DNA of 64,000 nucleotides from Chrysomallon squamiferum (Eukaryota; Animalia; Mollusca). The DNA lies in assembly GCA_012295275.1 (NCBI GenBank), contig CM022671.1:28334001-28398000 (forward strand), read 5' to 3'. The notes under the pieces were generated by a model. That model was given only the letters and a program-made list of their open reading frames with translations. It did not search any database and was not told the origin of the DNA. Shown here one piece after another: positions 56,931 through 64,000 of the stretch (position 1 is its first letter; every line of letters starts with the position of its first letter). The translations under genes and the position numbers were made by a program.

Positions 56931-57664
56931 CGGTTATGTTATGTTTGAATCTTCAAATGCAATAATTGTTTTTAAAATGGGTAAAATCAAAAAACAAAAC
57001 CCCCAAAACCCACTAAACAAAATCGTGGTTGTATCATTTTGCATAACAGCCGCTAATAGTACTTAAGCAATTGCTAAGATTGATATTGTGTTTAAAAAGC
57101 AAAAAGGTTAAGGTGATATCCCTGTTTGCTATTCAGCACACCGGTATTTAGCTATAGAAAGTAGGCAACGCCCTTAATGCATAAAATAAGATCTTTAGAG
57201 TGATACGACTGGGTTATAAGAAAGTTTTTTATCCCCACTCAAAAAGCATTCGGTAAAAATATAAAAAGCCCAAAAAAAAAAGAAATAAAAAATAATAATA
57301 CCCCTCCCCCCCAGGAAGTTGTAAGGTGTTACTTGTAATAATAATAATAATAATATTAACAATAGTGTTGACAATAAAAACTCTCCTACACTACACACAG
57401 ATATATGCACAGATGCACGTACTATTATAACTAATCAGAGAAAAAATAGTTTTATTATAAAAGTATTGAATTATAAGATCTTATAAATGTAAAACAATTA
57501 ATGATGATTTGTTTTCTTGTTTTTTGGGTTTTTTTTGTTTTAATATCGAAAACAACTGATTCCATTTAGTGTAATTAATAATATTTATTTTAGTGAGTAA
57601 GAATTTGATTTTAGTGAAAATAGATCCACTCCACAGTAAATTAAAAAACAAAACAAAAACATTG

Positions 57665-57695
<31 letters not shown>

Positions 57696-57878
57696 AATGA
57701 TTTAAATGGTGAAATGAAAAGATATCTTCATCATCTGTTTAATTTACACTGACAACAGTAAGTAGATTTCAAAGATTACAGGTGTTATCTTGCACGTGAC
57801 AATCTTATCACTGACACCGAAGGCCGCTGTAATGAAAACTTTAGTTTTTCGTCCGAGTAATCTTCAGAGTTTATTACA

Positions 57879-57948
<70 letters not shown>

Positions 57949-57989
57949 GATGTTATTATTTTATTTTTTTTTTATTGTTATTATTTTTA

Positions 57990-58031
<42 letters not shown>

Positions 58032-59419
58032 AACTAGTATTTTATTTAGAGATGACACCATTGTTCTCCCATTCATCAGAACTTTGATTTGAGAGAAAAT
58101 GAATCATGCACAGTTTGATCAAGTGATAAAAAAAAAAAATAGCCATCCAGGAAGTAGATCGTTCACAGAGATAACAAATGATAGAGAACAGCCGTTCTAA
58201 CTGTTTCGCCGTTCAGATAACTATAACATTTTATTACTTTCAAAACGGCATTGCTGAATATTGCCAAGACTGGGTACATTTAGGCTGACCCTGTATTTAG
58301 GTGAGTTAGGTGATACTGTGCTCTAAGATATCACAAATCTCGAAGTTGATGTTGTCTGCGTGTTCTAAAATTCACGCTCTGGTTTTTTTCTTACGCTTTT
58401 TTTCTCTTATTATTTTTTTTTTTCCTTCTTTTTTTATCTTTATTATTGTTTTGTTAACAGATAATTTTAAAATGAAGGCAGTAAAGCATATTTTTAGAGT
58501 GTATTTATAACTCTCGCATGTCAACAAAGACGGCTGACAAAAAGAGGCTAGAAATGTACAGTACTTGATTTATTTTAGCTTGCATCTTAAATTACAGTCC
58601 TTTTACTAAATACCAGTTGTTAGCGATGCATGACAGATGACGCTAGTTTCACACTTAAAATAAATAAATAAATAAATAAATATTTAAGTAAATACATAAA
58701 TAAGAAAATAAATGAACAAATAAATAAATAAATAAGAAAATAAATAAATAAATAAATAAATAAGAAAATAAATGAATGAATAAATAAATAAATAAGAAAA
58801 TAAATGAATGAATAAATAAATAAATAAGAAAATAAATGAATGAATAAATAACTAATAAAAATCGAAGTTTTTATATTTATTTATTGATTTTTATTGATTT
58901 ATTTATTATGTTCTTGTTGACTACTTTATCAATATCGCGCTCCTTTCCATCTTGAAAGTTTCATCAACCATTAACATTGCCACAGTTTTTTCTGAAATCT
59001 TGGATACGCCCTTGATTTGTGTGCTGTACTCTGATAATTAAGCAGCTGTTGACTCACAAGCAAACTAACAAAATAAAGTAAAAATCTAAAATCCGTAAAT
59101 AACAGCTTTAAATATGGAAATAACAGGGATTTTATTTTCCTGTATTTGTCGTTCGTTTTGCTAACAGTGAATCACAAAAAGCTAATTCTCGTCCTCGTTC
59201 GTTTTGCTAACAAAGAAGTAACGCGGATGTTGGTTTTAACAAAGCCTGATGAAAGGTTATCGCTTTCTCGTATTAAGTTTCAGATTCACGTCGTACTCAC
59301 TGCACGCTTTTCTGTTCGTTTGAAATTCATTTACCTTGTCAGTTATTACACTGTAATCTTTTAATTCCGTGCTATTGTTACGGGTCCGGGGTTAAATAAG
59401 CTTTTTTTCAGTTTAATTG

Positions 59420-59728
<309 letters not shown>

Positions 59729-60588
59729 GTCTTTTACTGGTAATGACTATAAGAAGGAAAATCTAAGTGGACTATGTTACCAAATTAATCAGACACACCT
59801 TCTTCTGAAATTCTAGATAATCCACAGTTTTAAACTATGTAGGTCAGTTGACGAAACTGATTGTTCAGAAACGGAAATACTGGTGTGTGTCTGGGGGTAG
59901 GTTTCATTGTCCTAAATCACTGAGTATTACTCACTAAATGTATTCTCATTAACGTAATCACTATTATTATTACCATAACGTCACAACTGAAAACTACAGT
60001 AAGACACAGTAATAAAATAATAATAACAATAACATTATTAATAATAATAATAGAAACAATTATCACAACCAATAACAACAACAACAACAACAACAACAAT
60101 AATAATAATTATTATTATCATCATCTTCAAAATCATCATCATCATCGTCTTCATTTTCAAAATCATGATGATAATAATAATAAAAGATACATTATGACCA
60201 ATAATATATGTATCAAAAACAGAATTTAAAAGGACTATTTTTATGTTTTTATAAATTATTTTTTAAACTTTTGTTGTTGTTGTTTTCTTGTATTCTTCTA
60301 TTTATTACTACTATATATAAAAAAAAAAAAAAAAAAAAAAAAATAAGTTACTGTTTTTATTGTACATCAAAACCAGCTGCATCCTTGGTAAATTATACTT
60401 CCTGAAATCCAAATACGTTTTGTTTATCAAAGTTTTAATAGTGCATAACTAAGTGTAGCCTACACGCGGTAAAGTGTTGTCAGCAAAAAGGAACTAAATA
60501 CATAAATTAATTAATAAACGCATAAACGTATAAATAATTAATAAAATAAGTAAGTAAATAATAAAAAAATAAATATATATATAGATAG

Positions 60589-60695
<107 letters not shown>

Positions 60696-61494
60696 CATAA
60701 GTAAATAGATTAACAAATTAAATGTATGATATCATGCACAAATACTCACATACCATTGGGAATAACTTGAGTGTGTTTGATTGTGTGTGTGTGTGTGTCT
60801 GTGTCTGAGTGTGTGTGTGTGTCTGAGTGTGTGTGTGTGTGTTTATGTGTGTGTGTGTTTGTGTGTTTATGTGTGTATGTGTGGGTGTGTATGTGTGTGT
60901 GTTTGTGTGCGATATCATACATTTAATTTGTTTATCCTTGTGGTTAGTCATATCCAAGATAACGATGACCTATATATTCATACACAGCTGCAGATTATTT
61001 ATGATTAATTAAAATATATTTTTATAATCTTCTCCTTTTGAAAACTATTTTGAACCAAAACGCTTTTATTTATTATTTGATTTATCTATTATTATTGTTA
61101 TTCGTATTGTTGTTTCTGTACGCTGGATTCATAACGGAAATTTCAGGTTATGAAATAACTGATTTATTTATTGATCTGCTTTTGTCATAGCTATCCATAA
61201 GTCTGATTTGAATGAGAAAATGGTAATAAAATTACGTATACGTTGCTTTGCAGAATTTCAATTCACTGTATCTATGAGAATTATATGTCAGTTTACTTAG
61301 AAAAAAAGATGAACAGCATGCATCGACGACAGTGAAAGCATTTCAGTTTATTTATTATTTGATACATACTGGCTTAAGCTGTGTATATATATATATTTTT
61401 TGGTTCGCTTTGGGGTGTAAGAGAGGGAGAAAGCAAACCTAAGTAGTCTGTGCATTAACACAAGTTTTTCCTGTTCTAGGTTTTTTTACTTGTA

Positions 61495-63245
61495 ATGAGC
61501 GGGCGCAATGCTTGGCGTGAGGGTTACGTCAGCACACTGACTTCTGGGATTGAACGACTTTTAGAAGATGAGAAGCACACGGACGTCACCGTCATCGTGG
61601 ACGGCACGTCGTTCAAAGCCCACAAGGCCATTCTGTCGTCCATGTCCGACTACTTCGACGCCATGTTTTCCTCGGGAATGCGCGAGACGGTCACCGGAGT
61701 GGTTCACATGGAAGGCATCGAGAAGGAAATCTTCCAGTCGGTGCTGTCGTACATCTACCGCGGCTACGACGAGATATGGCAAGACAACGCGGAAAAGATG
61801 CTGAACGCAGCCTCCATTCTGCAGGTGAAGAGTCTTCAGAAGAGGTGCGAGGAATTTCTGTGCAAAAACATCACCACCGAGAACTGCATCAGCAGGTGGA
61901 GGCTGGCCATGCAGCACCAGTGCTCGATTCTGAAGGAACAGAGCCAGTCGTTCATCCTGAAACACTTCATGGAACTCTACGAGAACGATTCTCTGTACGC
62001 TCTGGACGTTGACGAAATGGCTACTCTCGTTAAGGACGATCACTTGTGTGTGCGCGACGAAGAAACGCTGTGCGACGCGGTCTTAGACTGGGTGGAAGCC
62101 GATTCAGAAACCAGAAAAGCGTTAATTTCCAAAGTGTTCATTCACCTCCGACTTGCGCTAACCAGACCGGAGTATTTGCTGAACTTAGATAAAAAGTATC
62201 AATTCATTGCAAACAATCCTCTGTGCAAGGAAGCCATAAACAGTGCCAAAAACTGTACTCTGTTGCCGGCGAGAAGACACGACTACAGTTCCTCTCTGAT
62301 GCACTACAGACACCCTGCTGACATGGAGGATGTCTTAGTGATCCTCTCTGGCGCAGAGACTTCAAAACCGCCGTACATCAGATCTCTAAACGTATACGCT
62401 TTCAGCTTCAACTCTCGCCTTTGGTTTCAGTTGGCTTCGCTGCCGTACGACCCCGGCATTGAGTTTGCCTGCTGTGTCTTTGACAACGACATATTTGTTT
62501 CCGGAGGCGGCCTTTGGCAGACGTCGATGGTCCGGTATAAATCGAAAAAGAACAAATGGCACCCGATAAAGAACAAGTTGACCTGTGGCAGACGACGTCA
62601 TGCTATGGCAGCGTCTGGGAGACATATTTACGTCCTCGGCGGGTACAACAGTGAGAAAACCGAAGGGTCAAGAGTCGTTAACACTATAGAGAGATACAGT
62701 CTCGACTCGGGTACGTGGACAGATGTAGGACAGCTGCGCATCCCCGTCAGCTCCATCTCGGCAGCCGTGCTGGGAGAAAACATTTACGTTTTCGGAGGAG
62801 AGAGGAATGACAAAACAGACGTTTCCGCCGTACAGTGCTACAACATCAAGACCCAGGACGTCACCGTTGTAGCCGATCTCCCAAGAGCATGCAAACTGTC
62901 GCGCTCCATCGTCTGCGACGAGACCATCTACGTGGTCCTGTACGACGGCGAGGTTCTGCGATTCACCGACGACGACGGTGTCGTGACGAGCGGTGTTATT
63001 TCTGATTTCGAGCGGTTCACTTCGGAGTCGTTCACAGACGCGGAGCTGTCATTATTCTCGGCGGCCTGGCGGCTGGGTCGGACTCCAGCAAAGACCTCTG
63101 CGACACCATGATCAAATACGACCTCGTCACCAGCTCTTCCGAGCTCATGCCAGACAAAATTCCCTCCGCCAGACTGATAGACAGCTGTGCTAAAATCATA
63201 ATTGACAAAAAATTCCTGATGGAGGAAGACGCTGCCGATTGCTGA
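61495..63245 (+). CDS. Kelch-like protein (BTB-BACK-Kelch, CUL3 substrate adaptor; KLHL24-like in the loose sense). Intronless CDS with an apparent 1-nt deletion at about 63015; repaired length 583 aa
   Basis: BTB (TDVTVIVDGTSFKAHKAILSSMSDYFDAMFSSGMRE), BACK (ENCI...DEETLCDAVLDWV...HLRL) and kelch blades (IFVSGG, IYVLGG, IYVFGG). The frame closes at 63111 with an aberrant tail. The -1 frame from 63015 reads VHFGVVHRRGAVIILGG...TMIKYDLVTSSSELMPDKIPSARLIDSCAKIII...DC* to 63245. Confidence 0.92.
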
Positions 63246-64000
63246 TGGTTGTTAGACCAGTGCGCTATGACGTGTTTTCCAGGAAAATATGTTCCAGGCT
63301 TTTCACGACCAGTTTTCAATATAAGACAATACTGATTTAGCGTATGAATACAAATACTTATTTTCTATCTTGCTGAATTTTTACTTTAAAAAAAAAAAAA
63401 ATATATATTTATTAAATATTTATCTTGCAGGACGAAAACAGCAAAACTTTCTTCTTCTTTTACCTAAAGTTCAGGATTTTTAAGTTCAGGCCTAACAAGA
63501 AGATTAAAATTTAATTTTTAAAAAATAAATAAATGGAGTTTCATAATGTTTTGCAATAAATTAAATCATTTATATTTTATTAAAGTAAAGTAAAACAAAT
63601 AATAAAATAAATAAATAATAACATTTACTTTTTTTTTTTTTTTAAATTTTATTATTATTATTATTACTCAGTAAATAGTAATATTCTAAATTAACAACAG
63701 AGAGAGAGAGGACTAAATTTGTAACATTGAACTCTAATTAGAAAACAAAACATTGCATAATTAAGAAAACACAAAATGAAAAAACACAACACATACCCAA
63801 AAACATTCACTTTCTTTGTTATAACGTACAATATGACACTTGGAATTATTTTTTCTCTAATCTTGTAGATTTCAGACATACCGAGAGGTCAGAAGGTAAA
63901 AGGTGTTCTTTAAAGTGTACATTTTGGCGATATGAACAAATAGGAACTCGCGTTTTGTAGATTCCAAGTAACTGTTTTATTTATCTTGTGACAACCAGTC

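Noticed and set aside
63005-63025. Programmed -1 ribosomal frameshift in the kelch gene
   Set aside because: No slippery heptamer or evident stimulatory structure. A 1-nt indel in a G run is simpler.
61561-63319. Overlapping and antisense ORFs inside the kelch gene
   Set aside because: Shadow frames caused by high GC3 codon usage.

Overview
AT-rich, microsatellite-dense animal genomic DNA with spliceosomal introns. It looks like an invertebrate, possibly a mollusc or other lophotrochozoan, but that is inference. Five protein-coding genes were assembled by hand from splice sites and reading phase. (1) A PCTAIRE kinase (CDK16/17/18 family, + strand) with 14 conserved coding exons at 13378-21645, a candidate first exon at 10921 and a Cys-cluster cassette exon at 5841. 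(2) LSM8 (- strand, 96 aa), whose first intron is U12-type. (3) PSMA5 (+ strand, 241 aa), head-to-head with LSM8. (4) A globin with a predicted N-myristoylation site and a single coding intron (- strand, 178 aa). (5) An intronless BTB-BACK-Kelch gene (+ strand) with a 1-nt frameshift before its last kelch blade. The most unusual feature is a 4x65-nt tandem array that copies the kinase's 3' splice site plus Gly-loop codons, giving three decoy acceptors that each run into a stop. The kinase also has several candidate alternative membrane-anchoring modules (Cys cassette exon, amphipathic first exon, UGA-C readthrough tail ending CCL). A candidate hypoxia-element promoter lies upstream of the globin, and CpG density switches sharply at about 38 kb. 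No tRNA, rRNA, CRISPR array or autonomous transposon was recognised. All regulatory and isoform calls are hypotheses without transcript data.
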